Shown in pieces: positions 27,908 through 39,129 of a stretch of DNA of 60,383 nt (position 1 is its first letter; each line of letters opens with the position of its first letter). Source of the DNA: Candidatus Eiseniibacteriota bacterium (GTDB lineage Bacteria; Eisenbacteria; RBG-16-71-46); the NCBI GenBank assembly GCA_963725865.1, contig CAVSAC010000013.1, positions 1 to 60,383 on the forward strand, read 5' to 3'. The notes under the pieces were generated by a model, which searched no databases, had not been told where the DNA came from, and saw only the letters and a list, made by a program, of their open reading frames with translations. Both the position numbers and the translations under genes were made by a program.

Positions 27908-28237
27908 GGGGTCCTCCACCGTGGGGTGATGGGTCGACGGGAGCGTACAGGCCCGGAGCGAACCCGGACAAGGAGCACGAGCCGGAGCACGAGCCGGTCC
28001 CCGCCGCCGGGGACGCGATCGTGCCCCGCGCTCCGGGGACCTCCGCGGGGCCGGGCGTGCCGGCGCGCGGTCGGCGCAACGCAGGTCGCGATCGCCCCGC
28101 GTGCGCGCGGTCGGCGCACCGCCCGCCGCCACCGCCCGGTGCCGCCGTCGGGCGTGCGCCCGGGCAGGCGGGCGGCTAGACTGCGCGACGTCTTGCAGTC
28201 GGCGGGTCGCGCCCATCCCTCGCCCGGAGGTCCTCCC

Positions 28238-29196
28238 ATGCAGTATCGCCGCCTCGGCCGCACCGGCCTCAAGGTCTCGGTCGTCTCGCTCGGCTCCTGG
28301 ACCACCTATGGTGGATCGGTGGCCGACGACGAGGCGGCGCGCATCATCCGGCGCGCGTTCGAGCGGGGCGTGAACCTGTTCGACACCGTCGGACGTGTAC
28401 GAGCGCGGCGCCGCCGAGACCGTGCTGGCCGCGCGCTCGAGGACCTGCCGCGCGAGCAGCTGGTCGATCGCCACCAAGGTCCGCGGCGCGGTGTGGGGCG
28501 GGCCGCTGGGCGAGGGGCTGTCGCGCAAGCACATCCTGGACGCCTGCGAGCGCAGCCTGCGCCGTCTCGGCGTGGACGCCATCGACCTCTACCAGCTGCA
28601 CTGGCCCGACGCGGCGACTCCCCTCGACGAGTCCCTGCGCGCGCTCGAGGACCTGGTGCGCGGCGGCAAGGTGCGCTACGTGGGTTACTCGAACTACGAC
28701 CACCACGCTCCGCTCGACGCGCCAGGTGCTCGAGCTCCAGCGCGCGCGCGGCTGGACGTGATGGCCTCGGCGCAGCCGCGCTACAACCTGCTCGACCGCC
28801 ACCTCGAGGCCGCGCACCTGCCGCTCTGCCGGCGAGTTCGGCATGGGGATGTTGGTGTACTCGCCGCTCGCGCAGGGCGTGCTCACCAACAAGTACGCCG
28901 GCGGCGCGACGCCGGCCGGCAGCCGCGCCACCACCGCGTTCGCGCACTTCCTGGAGTCCGAGACGGCGCTCACGCCCGAGAACGTGGCCGACGGCGAGCG
29001 CCTGGGCGCCTGGTGCGCGGCGGCGCGCGCCGGAACCGGCGCAGGTGGCGCTCGCGTGGGTGCTGCGGGACGACGCAGGTCTCGAGCGCGATCATCGGCG
29101 CCACCCGCGATGGCGCAGCTCGAGCAGAACCTGCAGGCGCTGGACCTGACGCTCAGCGACGCGCAGTGGCGCGAGGTCGAGGGCTGCTTCGCCTGA
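28238..29196 (+). CDS. Aldo/keto reductase (Kv-beta-like); frameshifted
   Basis: MQYRRLGRTGLKVSVVSLGSW, FDT..VY, ATK, GLSRKHI, IDLYQLHWPD, GKVRYVGYSN, YSPLAQG. Confidence 0.9.
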
Positions 29197-29208
29197 GCGG
29201 TGGGCGCC

Positions 29209-30334
29209 CTACTTCACCGTCTTCTGGAAGCGCGTCGCCGCGAACCACAGCACGGTGGTGCCCATCACCAGCAGGTAGAGGTACTGCGGCCACAGCGCGC
29301 CGAGCCCGGCGCCCTTGAGGAAGACCGCGCGGACGATCTCCAGGTAGTGGCGCAGCGGATTGAGCAGCGTCAGATCCACTGGAAGACGGCCGGCATGCTG
29401 GTGACCGGGAACATGAACCCCGAGAGCAGCATGGTCGGCAGCAGCAGCAGGAACGTGGTGAGGAACGCCTCCTGCTGGGTGTTCGAGATGGTCGAGATCA
29501 GCAGCCCGAGCGCCGAGCGCCGAGAGCAGGAAGAGCACCGCCGCGAGCAGCAGCAGCGGGCGCTGCCGCGGAACGGCACGCGGAACCAGAGCAGCGCAGA
29601 TCGTGGTGATCAGCACCAGGTCGAAGCAGCGCGATGACCGCGAACGGGATGCGTCTTGCCGAGCGATCAGCTCGCCGGGGCGTGAGCGGGCTCACCATGA
29701 GCTGCTCGAGCGTGCCGATCTCGCGCTCGCGCACCACCGCCAGCGCGGTGAGCAGCAGGCTGATGATCAGCATGATGGTGCCGATGACGGCGGGCACGTT
29801 GTAGTTGCGCGACACCAGCGCGGGGTTGAACCAGGCGCGCTCGCGCAGGTCGATCGGCCGCGGTCCGGCGCCCGAGCCGTCGCGCAGGCCGTGCGCGCGC
29901 ACGATCTGCTCGGCGTAGCCCAGCGCCACGGTGGCCATGTTCGAGTTGGTGCCGTCCACCAGCACCTGCACCGCGGCGCCGCCCGGCCGCGCAGGTCGCG
30001 CGCGTAGCCGGCGGGGATCTCGATGCCCGACCGCGCGGCCGCGGTCGAGCGCCGCCATCAGGTCCGCGGCACGGTCCGAGCCCGCCCACCACGCGGAAGT
30101 AGCCCGAGGCGGTGAGCGCGTCGACCAGCGCCCGCGACTCCGGGTGCGGTCGTGGTCCACGACGAACGAGCCGGCGTGTCCCGCACGTCGGTGGAGACCG
30201 CGTAGCCGAAGATGATGAGCTGGAGGATCGGCGCGACGAAGCACCAGCCGGCTCAGCCTCGGGTCGCGGAGCAGCTGACGGAGCTCCTTGCGCACCAGCG
30301 CCGAGGACGCGCTCGATCGCTCGCGCTGCATCAT
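29209..30334 (-). CDS. ABC-2 transporter permease (YbhR-like); frameshifted
   Basis: RKELRQLLRD, DGTNSN, WFNPAL, VREREIGTLEQLMVSP, LLSGFMFPVTSMP, NPLRHYL. Confidence 0.88.
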
Positions 30335-31515
30335 CTGCAGCTCCTTGCGGAACGCGCGCACGGCCAGCCCGAGGCCGACGGCCGCGAACGCCAGCATGAA
30401 GCAGCGCCTGCGACCACAGCACTTCGAGCGCCGACGCCCTTCAGGAACACCCCGCGGGTGACGACGAGGAAGTAGCGCGCCGGCACGATCAGGAGTGATC
30501 GCCTGCAGCGGCGGCGGCATGACGTCGATCGCGAACATGAAGCCCGAGAGCAGGAACGCGGGCAGGAACGTGACGACCATGGCGATCTGGGTGGCGAGCA
30601 TCTGCGACTTCGCGACGGCCGAGATGAAGATGCCGAGCCCCAGCGCGCCCGAGCAGGAACAGGAACGAGAGCACGACGCAGAGCAGCGCGTCGCCGCGGA
30701 ACGGCACCGCGAAGAGCGAGCACGCCGAGCACCGAGGTGACGACGACGTCGATCATGCCGATCGCGAGGTAGGGAAGCAGCTTGCCGAGCACGACCTCGG
30801 CGCGGGACACGGGCGTCGCGGCGAGCTGCTCCATCGTGCCGCGCTCCCACTCGCGCGCGATGGTCAGCGAGGTGAGCATGGCGGCGATGATCGACATGAT
30901 GACCGCGACCAGGCCCGGCACGATCATGTTGCGGCTCGCCAGCTCCTCGTTGTACCAGACGCGACTCTGGGCCACGACCGGCATCCGCGTGGCCGTTCCG
31001 AGCAGGCCCTCGCGCCCCGCACCACTGCTGCGCCACGGCGCGCACGTAGCCGAGCGCGATCGTCGCCGTGTTCGCGTCGGACGCCGTCCACGATCACCTG
31101 CAGCGGGCGACGGCCGCGCGGTGCCGAGCGCGGCCTCGAAGCCGGGCGGCAGCACGATCGCGACGCGCGCCGCGCCGCGCTCGAAGACGCGGGCGATCTC
31201 CGCCGTGCGGTCGAGCCGCTCGACCACCTGGAAGTAGCCCGAGGCCGTGAATGCCTCCACCAGCTCGCGGCTCTGCGCCGTGCGGTCCTGGTCCACGACG
31301 ACCATCTCGATGTTGCGGACGTCCCAGGTGATCGCGTAGCCGAAGAGCACCAGCAGGAACACCGGCATCGCGAACGCGAGGATCAGGCTGCGCGGGTCGC
31401 GGCGCAGCTGGATCCACTCCTTGCGCGCGATCGCCATCAGGCGCGTCCGCCGGAGCGGGCCGTGCGCGGGCGCGTCCACGGGCTCCGCCGGGCGCGGCTC
31501 GCGGGCGTCAGCCAT
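30331..31515 (-). CDS. ABC-2 transporter permease (YbhS-like); frameshifted
   Basis: ARKEWIQLRRDPRSL, WYNEEL, IVPGL, AREWERGTMEQL, GKLLPY, LLSGFMF. Confidence 0.88.
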   Translation of the reverse strand: MADAREPRPAEPVDAPAHGPLRRTRLMAIARKEWIQLRRDPRSLILAFAMPVFLLVLFGYAITWDVRNIEMVVVDQDRTAQSRELVEAFTASGYFQVVERLDRTAEIARVFERGAARVAIVLPPGFEAALGTARPSPAAGDRGRRPTRTRRRSRSATCAPWRSSGAGREGLLGTATRMPVVAQSRVWYNEELASRNMIVPGLVAVIMSIIAAMLTSLTIAREWERGTMEQLAATPVSRAEVVLGKLLPYLAIGMIDVVVTSVLGVLALRGAVPRRRAALRRALVPVPARARWGSASSSRPSRSRRCSPPRSPWSSRSCPRSCSRASCSRSTSCRRRCRRSLLIVPARYFLVVTRGVFLKGVGARSAVVAGAASCWRSRPSASGWPCARSARSCR

Positions 31516-32483
31516 CGATCACCCCTCCCGACTCCTGCACGGCGGCGATGAAGACGTGCTCGAGCGTCGGCTCGATGCGGCGCAGCGACTCGGTGCGCAC
31601 GCCGCGCTCGGCGAGCCGCGCCTCGACCGCCGGCAGTGCGTCCTCGGCGGTCGAGCCGTGACGTGCACCGCGCGGCCGAAGAGGCCCGCGGCGCGCACCG
31701 CGGGCAGCGCCGCGCAGCGCCTCGACCACCTCGAGGCCGTGCGCGGCGCGCACCTCGAAGACCGGCTCGCGCAGCGCCGTGGCGCAGCGCCGCCGGGCGT
31801 GTCGAGCGCGATCAGCCGGCCGCGGTTCATGAGCGCGAGCCGGTGGCAGTACTCGGCCTCCTCCATGTAGTGCGTGGTCACGAACACCGTGGTGCCGCCG
31901 TCGGCCAGGTCGTAGATCAGGTCCCAGAACGCGCGGCGCGAGATCGGGTCGACTCCGGACGTCGGCTCGTCGAGGAACAGGATCGGCGGGCGGTGGAGCA
32001 CGGCGCAGCCGAGCGCGAGGCGCTGCTTCCAGCCGAGCGGCAGGTCGCCCGTGAGCGCGGTCCTCGTGGCCCGCGAGGCCGGCCATCGCGAGCACCCAGT
32101 CGCGCGCGCGCCGCGCGCTCGCTCGCGCGGCACGCCGTTCAGGCGCGCGAAGAAGTCGATGTTCTCGCTCGACCGTGAGCTCGTCGTAGAGCGAGAACAG
32201 CTGCGACATGTAGCCGATGCGGCGCTTGATCGCGCTCGGTCTCGGCGCAGCACGTCGAAGCCCGCGACGGTGCCGCGGCCCGCGGTCGGCGCAGCAGGCC
32301 GCACAGCATCCGGATCGTGGTGGTCTTGCCGGCGCCGTTCGGCCCGAGGAAGCCGAAGACCTCGCCGCGGCGGACGGCGAAGCGTGACGTCGTCCACCGC
32401 CGTGAACGCGCCGAAGAGCCGGGTCGAGGTGCTCGACCTCGACCACGGGGCCGTCCGCGACCGGAGCGGGCGCGGTCGCTCAT
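31508..32483 (-). CDS. ABC transporter ATP-binding protein; frameshifted
   Basis: [58 protein letters not shown]. Confidence 0.9.
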
Positions 32484-33456
32484 CGCGGGTCTCGGCGGCG
32501 CGGCCGCCTCGGCGCTCGGCGACGCGGTCGATGAACACGTCCTCGAGCGAGGGCTCGATGCGGGCGGCGCTCGTGCACCTCGCAGCCCGCGGCGCGCAGC
32601 GCCGCGCTCGACGCGGGCCGCCGCCGCGCCGGCGTCGGCCACGGCGCACGTGCAGCCACGTCGCCGAACACCGCCGCGCGCGCGACGCCGGGCAGCGCCG
32701 CCGCGGCCTCGCGCGGCGGCGCGCACGCGGTCGACGCGGACGCCCAGCAGCGCGCCCGGCGAGCGTCCGCCTGCAGCGCGCCCGGCGAGTCGAGCGCCAC
32801 GACGCGCCCGCGGTGCAGCAGCGCGAGGCGGTCGAAGCGCTCGGCCTCGTCCATGTAGGCGGTGCTGACGATCGCCGTCACGCCGCGCGCGCACCATCTC
32901 GTGGACGATGATCCACAGGTCGCGGCGCGAGACCGGGTCGACGCCGAACGTCGGCTCGTCGAGCAGCAGCACGCGCGGCTCGTGGATGAGGGCGCACGAC
33001 AGCCCGAGCTTCTGCTTCATGCCGCCGGAGAGCTTGCCGGCGAGCCGGTCCGCGGAACGGCTCCAGGTTCGGAGAAGCGGTAGAGCCGCTCGAGGCGCGC
33101 GGGCCGCTCGGCCGCGCGGCACCTCGTAGAGGTCGGCGTAGAACGTCGAGGTTCTCGCGCACGGTGAGGTCGCCGTAGAGCCCGAAGCGCTGCGACATGT
33201 AGGCGAGGTGGCGCTTCACGCGCTCCGGCTCGCGCGCGACGCTCGCGCCGAGCACGAGCGCGTCGCCCGCGCTCGGCGGCAGCACGCCGGCGAGCATGCG
33301 CAGGGTCGTGGTCTTGCCGGCGCCGTCGGGGCCGACGAGGCCGAACAGCTCGCCCGCGACGCACCGTCGAACGTCAGGGCGTCGACCGCGAGCGAGCCGC
33401 GCCGAAGCGGCGCGGACGAGGCCGCGGAGCCGAGAGCGCGGGCGGCGGGCGGTCAC
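32480..33456 (-). CDS. ABC transporter ATP-binding protein; frameshifted
   Basis: [52 protein letters not shown]. Confidence 0.9.
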
Positions 33457-33460
33457 TCGC

Positions 33461-34460
33461 TCAGGGGCCGCCTCGAGCACGACGTCCGCCGGCATGCCGG
33501 GCTTCAGCTCGTGCGACGGATCGCCGGTGATGCGCACCTTGACCGCGTACACGAGCTTCACGCGCTCCTCGCGCGTCTGGACGGTCTTCGGGCGTGAACT
33601 CGGCCTCGGACGCGATGATCGCGACGACGCGCCCCTCGTACCGGCGGTCGCGGAACGTGTCCGACGTGATGCGCGCCGGCTGCCCGATGCGCACGGCGCC
33701 GATGCGGTTCTCCGGCACGTAGATGCGCACCCAGCGGTCGTCGCGGTGGAGGAGCGTCACGACGGGCGCGCCGGCCGCGAGGATCTCGCCCGGCTCGCGG
33801 TGGCGCACGGTGACGGTGCCCGGGAACGGCGCGCGCACCTCCATTTGCGCGAGCGTCGCGTCGTACGTGCGCAGCGCCGCCTGCGCGCCCGCCAGCGCTC
33901 GCCCGCGAAGCAGTGACCTTCTCGGCGCGCGGCCCGAGCTCGACCAGCCGCCGCTGCTCGTCGGCCTGCACCTTCGCGCTCCGTGCCACGTCGAGCGCGG
34001 TCGTCGCCTTGTCGAGGTCCTGCTGGCTGACGACGTTGCGCTCCCGCAGCGAGCGCACGCGCTCGGCGTCGCGCTCGGCGTCGGCGAGCTTGTCGGCGGC
34101 CGCCTTCGCCGAGGCGCGGGCCGCGGTGATCTCCTGCGGCCGCGAGCCGCGCTCGAGCTCGAGCAGCTGCGCCTGCGCCGCGGCCACCTGCGCCGCGGCC
34201 TGGTCGCGCCGCCCCTGCGTCTCGGAGCGATCGAGCCACGCGAGCGGCATCTGCGCCGAGACCGTGTCGCCTTCCTCCACGCGCACCGCCTCGAGGCGGC
34301 CCGGCACGGTGAAGCCCAGCGCCGCGTCGGTGGCCTCGACCGTTCCGGTCGCTTCGAGGGCGCCGGCGGCGCCGCGCCCGCGCAGGATCGCGAACACGAC
34401 CGCCGCGACGACGACGAGCAGGACCGGGATGACGACGAACTTCGGCGGGCGGCGGCTCAT
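33461..34460 (-). CDS. HlyD-family membrane fusion protein (YbhG-like); frameshifted
   Basis: N-terminal TM, GTVEA, VEEGD, coiled coil GSRPQEI, WVRIYVPE, EAEFTP, LVYAVK..LKPGMP. Confidence 0.88.
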
Positions 34461-35117
34461 GACCGTTTCTCCTGGTGGTGGGCGCGGCGCGGCGCGCGCG
34501 CGCGAATCGCAGGCGTCCGCGGCGCGCGGATGCCGGCGTGATAGATGGACCAGGCGCGGCGGACCACGCCTGCGAGGTCGGTGCGGCCACCGGCGAGGTG
34601 CCAGTGGAGCCCGGCGGGAATGAAGATGCCGAGGAACGAGAACGCCCCGGCTTCCGGGTCGACATCGCCGCGCACCTGGCCCTGGCGCTGGCCCTCGCGC
34701 AGCAGGCCGGCGATCGTGCCGCGGAAATGGTCGAGCGTGGCCAGCATCAGGGCGCGGCGCCCGGGGTTCTGCACGACGAGGTCCGAGAAGACCAGCATCG
34801 GGAAGCCGCGGTTCTCGAGCAGGAACTCGACGTGTCGCGACAGGAAGTCGCCGAGCGCCCGCATGGCGTCCGCCTGCCCCTCGACGACCGCGCGCTCGAG
34901 GTTCGTCCGCACGTCCGCGCCGAGCCGCGCGATCATGTGCCCGACCATCGCGTCCTTGTCGGGGAAGTGGCGGTAGAGCGCCGAGGGCGCGACGCCGACG
35001 CGATGCGCCACCGACGCGATGCTCAGCGCCCCGGTGCCCTGCTCGTGGACGATCGCGAGCGCCGCCCGCGCGATCTGGTCGCGCCGGGGTCTCGGTCTGC
35101 TGGCGGGGTGCGCGCAC
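34457..35117 (-). CDS. TetR/AcrR family transcriptional regulator; frameshift near the start
   Basis: RRDQIARAAL..LSIASVAHRVGVAPSALYRHFPDKD HTH. Confidence 0.88.
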
Positions 35118-35131
35118 GGCTCCTCCGTAGA

Positions 35132-35149
35132 AGTGAATGCTGATTCACT
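35132..35149. promoter_or_regulatory. Palindromic operator 1 (AGTGAAT-N4-ATTCACT), likely TetR site
   Basis: Perfect 7-bp inverted repeat ~15 bp upstream of the tetR start. Confidence 0.7.
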
Positions 35150-35204
35150 ATCGTGGAGCTCGAGCCACCCTGTCAAGGCTCGGAATGACGTCTGGGGCTC
35201 TGAA

Positions 35205-35220
35205 GTGAACGTCAGTTCAC
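35205..35220. promoter_or_regulatory. Palindromic operator 2 (GTGAAC-N4-GTTCAC)
   Basis: Same GTGAA-N6-TTCAC consensus as operator 1; overlaps the MFS stop codon. Confidence 0.6.
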
Positions 35221-36539
35221 ATCCTCGTCGCCTCGCGCGTGCCGCGCTCGAGGTCCACCGCGAGCAGCAGCCACGCGCCCCCGGGGAAGAGCGGCAGCAG
35301 CGTGAGCGTCGCCAGGCGGCCGCTGCCGGTCAGCTGCGTGACCCCGGCGAACAGCACCGGGCCGACGACGCCCGCGAGCTTCTCGCTCACCGAGTAGAAG
35401 CCGAAGAGCTCGCTCGACCTGCGCGCGCGGCACCAGCGAGGCGAACATCGAGCGCGAGAGCGCCTGCGTGCCGCCCTGGAACAGCGCGACCATGCGCGGC
35501 CAGCACCCAGAAGTGCCACGGCCGCTGCCAGGAAGAAGGCGAACACGCTGATGCCGCACGTAGCCCGCGATGCCCAGCAGCACGGCGCGCTGCGGCCCGA
35601 GCGGCTTCGCGAGCCGCCCGAACGCGAGCGAGGCCGGCGCCGCCACGAGCTGCACCATGAGCAGCGCGCCGATCAGGTCGCTTCTCGCCGATGCCCACCT
35701 CGGCGCCGTAGATGGTCGCCATCTTGATGATCGTGCCGATGCCGTCGGAGTAGAGCCAGAACGCGACGCAGGAAGCGCAGCAGGTCGCGGGTGCTCGCGC
35801 AGGTGCGAGAGCGTGCGGCCGAGCTGGCGGAGCGTCGCGCCCGGCAGCTGCGCGCGCCGGCACGCCGTGGCGCCCGGCCTCGGGCTCGGGCACGTCGCGC
35901 AGCGAGCGGGATCGAGAAGGCCAGCCACCACGGCGGCCACGCTCGCGAACGACGACGCGCGTCGCGGCCTCGCGTCGGGCAGGCCGAAGCGGTGCGGCAT
36001 CAGGATCAACGCCAGGTGCACCGCCAGCAGCAGCCCGCCGCCGAGGTAGCCGAGCGCGAAGCCGCGCGCCGAGACCGCGTCCATCTCCTCGGGCGCGCGC
36101 CACCGCCGGCAGCAGCGAGTCGTAGAGCACGTTGCCGGTCGGCGAACGCGATGAACGCGACGCCGAACAGCACCGCCAGCGGCGGCCACGGCCCGCGCCG
36201 GCACCGCCGCGAGCGCCGCGTGCCCGCGACACCCGCGAGCACGCACCCGAGCAGCAGCGGCTTGCGCCGGCGCGTCTGGTCGGCGAGCGCGCCCATCGGC
36301 GGGCCGGCGAGCACGGCGAGCAGCGGCCGCCGCGCTCGCGTAGCCCCACGTCGCGGTGGCGTGGTGCGCCGGCATGGTGCGCGACGCGGTGGCGTCGCGA
36401 AGTACACCGGCAGGACCGCGACCATGACGCTGGTCGCGAACACGGAGTTCGCCCAGTCGTACAGGCACCACGCGCGCACCGCACGCCGCTCGGCGGCGGT
36501 CTCGGTCGCGCCCGTCGCCGGCCGGGAGTGATCTTCCAT
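35212..36539 (-). CDS. MFS transporter, UMF1/Atg22-like; frameshifted
   Basis: AWCLYDWANSVF, GALAD, NVLYDSLLP, SARGFALGYLGG, GGTQALSRS, FGFYSVSEK. Confidence 0.88.
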
Positions 36540-36579
36540 CCGGGATTCATAGCAGAGGGCGATGCTATATTCGACCTCG

Positions 36580-37620
36580 ATGAGCTCGCCGACCGTCGTC
36601 GTGGTGGGGGCCGGGGTCGCGGGGCTCGCCTGCGCGGGCGAGCTCGGACGCCGGCGCGTGTCCGCGGTGGTGCTCGAGCGCTCGCGTGGGGTCGGGGGTC
36701 GCTGCGCCACGCGCCGGCTGCCCGATGGCCAGCCCGTCGATCACGGCGTGCCGTTCTTCCACACCCGCTCGCACGAGTTCGGGGTCGCGCTCAACGCGCT
36801 CGGCGAGGAGGGGAAGCTCCACGGCTGGCCGGTCGACGTGCGCGGCCGGCGCCTCGCCTGCCAGCGCACCGCGTTCACCGCCGGCTCCAAGCGCTGGGCC
36901 CGCGCCGAGGGCGTGAACGCGTTCCCACGCCACCTCGCGCGCGACCTGGACGTGCGGCTCCACAGCCGGGTGGTCGCGCTCGCCGAGCAGGGCGACCGGC
37001 TCGCGGTGGTGATGCAGGACGGCAGCCGGCTCGCCGCGCCGTTCGTGGTGCTGGCGCTGCCGCTGAGCGAGTCCGCCGCCCTCGCCGGCGCGCTGGCCGC
37101 CGACTGGCCGGGCGCCGCCGCGCCGCTCGCGCGCCTCGCGGCGATCGAGATGGTGAGCACCGTCGCGCTCATCGCCGGCTACGCCACTCCCGCCTTCGAC
37201 GCACTGTTCGAGATGTGGTACCCGATCGAGACCACCATGGTGCACATGATCTCGCACGATTCGGCCAAGCGGCCGAAGCCGCGCCAGGAGGTGCTGGTGC
37301 TGCACGGGCGGCCCCGGTTCTCGAGCGACAGCCTGGCGCGGCCGGCGGCGGAGTGGAGCGCCGACCTGCTGTGGGAGGCGGGCGAGCTGCTCGGCCGCTG
37401 GGCCACGCGTCCGGCGTGGACCCAGACCCACGTCTGGCACCACTCGCGGGTGAGCCCAGGCGACCGGCTCGAGGATCCGGTCGGCCTCGAGTCGCCGCAC
37501 GGTGGACGACTGGCGCTGATCGGCGAGGGGTTCGCGAGCGTCGGCGGGCTCGAGGGCGCCTACCTGAGCGGCATCCAGATGGCGGAGCAGATCGCCGAGC
37601 TGCCCGGCGTGGCGAGCTGA
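36580..37620 (+). CDS. Renalase-like FAD/NAD(P)-dependent oxidoreductase
   Basis: VVVGAGVAGLAC, ERSRGVGGRCATRR, DHG..FF, LEGAYLSG. Confidence 0.85.
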   Translation: MSSPTVVVVGAGVAGLACAGELGRRRVSAVVLERSRGVGGRCATRRLPDGQPVDHGVPFFHTRSHEFGVALNALGEEGKLHGWPVDVRGRRLACQRTAFTAGSKRWARAEGVNAFPRHLARDLDVRLHSRVVALAEQGDRLAVVMQDGSRLAAPFVVLALPLSESAALAGALAADWPGAAAPLARLAAIEMVSTVALIAGYATPAFDALFEMWYPIETTMVHMISHDSAKRPKPRQEVLVLHGRPRFSSDSLARPAAEWSADLLWEAGELLGRWATRPAWTQTHVWHHSRVSPGDRLEDPVGLESPHGGRLALIGEGFASVGGLEGAYLSGIQMAEQIAELPGVAS

Positions 37621-37652
37621 GCGCGACGCGCCCGCACGCTCCACCCGACGCC

Positions 37653-37686
37653 GAAGCGGCGGACTCCGGTCGGAGCCCGCCGCTTC
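37653..37686. terminator. Strong hairpin between convergent genes, probable bidirectional terminator
   Basis: gaagcggcgg-a-ctccg / cggag-c-ccgccgcttc. Confidence 0.6.
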
Positions 37687-37701
37687 TCGTCAGACGCGTG
37701 A

Positions 37702-38788
37702 CTACCACTGCGGCGACTTGGCGAATCCCAGCTCGCCGTGCTCGCGCTCCCACACCCGGTCGCGGCGCAGGTCGATGCCGAGGGCGCGCAGGCCCGAGGC
37801 GTACTCGTAGCGCAGCGTGATCCGATCCACCGGGTTGCGCTCGGCGACGAACTCCACCTGGTTCACCGGGTCGTAGCGCCGATCGCCCCAGCCCGTCCCG
37901 GGCGCCGCGTCCTGCGCGGTGGGCGAAGGCACGATCGACCGGCTCTCCATCGAGTTGCGCTTGAGCTCGCCCGCGCCGCCCCCCATGCCCTCGGCCTTGG
38001 GCGCGGTGGCCACCGGCGGAGGCGCGTCGTCGAGCGACTCCTGGCGCTCGGCCAGCGGCTCGCCGCGCTCGGTGCGGTCGCGATCCTGACCCTGGGCTCG
38101 CTCATCCTGGTCGCGACGCACCCGGTTCCGATCGTTCCAGCGGAACGCCGGCCGGTCCTCGCGGAACGACAGCACGCGGATCCACCCCATGTCGCCGTTG
38201 GCCTGGCCGGTGCGCTCGGCGTACGAGCGCTCCTCGTCCACGAACACGAAGCGACGGACGTCTCTCAGCGAGGTGCGCCAGCCGCGGATCACGGTGCGTC
38301 TCGTACGGATCGAGCACGTACATGGCCTCGCGGTTCGAGAGCTGCGAGCGCTCGCCGTTCACCACGTTGAGGCCGTCGACCGCCATCAGCACGCCGATGC
38401 GCTGGCCGGTGGTGTTGCGCACCTCGACCGAGTAGTTGCGGCCGCGGAACGCCTGGAAGTAGTGGCGGTCCCAGGCGCCGGCGCGCTGGTACAGCGGCGT
38501 CGAGCTGCCATCGACCAGCACGCGCACTTCGACCAGGTTGCCGTCGGCGAGCGACGTGGTGACGGTGCGGCCCCAATCCGCGGCCGTCGCCGGCGACGCG
38601 GCGCCGAGCACCGCGGCGAAGGCGAGCGCCAGGGCCACGACGCGCGAATAGACGCGCAGCACGCGCACCGGGATGGGCACCGGCTCGAGCGCGAGCAGCG
38701 GGAACAGCTGGGCGAGGATGACGCGCCGCCCACCGGGGCGGCCCACGGCGGCGAGCGCCGCGCGGATCAGCGTGAGCATCGGGTTCAT
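37702..38788 (-). CDS. Conserved hypothetical exported protein; frameshift near 38295
   Basis: AGGAGG RBS; YSVEVRN..VDGLNVVNG..YVLDP / IRGWRTS..SYAERTG..GTGWG..LRYEY. Confidence 0.7.
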
Positions 38789-39052
38789 GGCCTTCCTCCT
38801 CGGTGTGTGGTGGTCCTGACTCTCTCTGACGCTAGGCGTCTGGCAGGAACTACGCCGGGAGGCGGAGGCTATTCCGAGCGAGTGTCCCCAACGCGTTGCG
38901 CGCTCGTGGGTGAGGGCGCCCAGTGAGCACGGTGGGCGCATGCGCGGCGCGCCCGCCACACCTCGTGGCGGGCCCGCGGCAGAAGAGTGGGAATGGATCG
39001 CGGCGGACGGCGTAGTCCGCGCTTCGTCAAGCCGCCGCATCCGGACATGCGA

Positions 39053-39082
39053 AGGGCCCGCCCCTCTGGGAGGACGGGCCCT
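39053..39082 (-). terminator. GC-rich hairpin downstream of FG-GAP gene 1
   Basis: agggcccg-cccct..gggagga-cgggccct inverted repeat ~50 bp after the stop; U-tract weak. Confidence 0.5.
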
Positions 39083-39129
39083 CGCGGCGCGCTCCCGCGC
39101 TTGCGGTCGCGCCTGGATCGGATCGGCGC

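Noticed and set aside
27930..28200. CruR/DUF2946-like RAPP stalling leader peptide upstream of the CxxCxC barrel
   Set aside because: One frame gives PARAPARAPCP, not RAPP, and no start codon or CxxC could be placed; revisit after polishing
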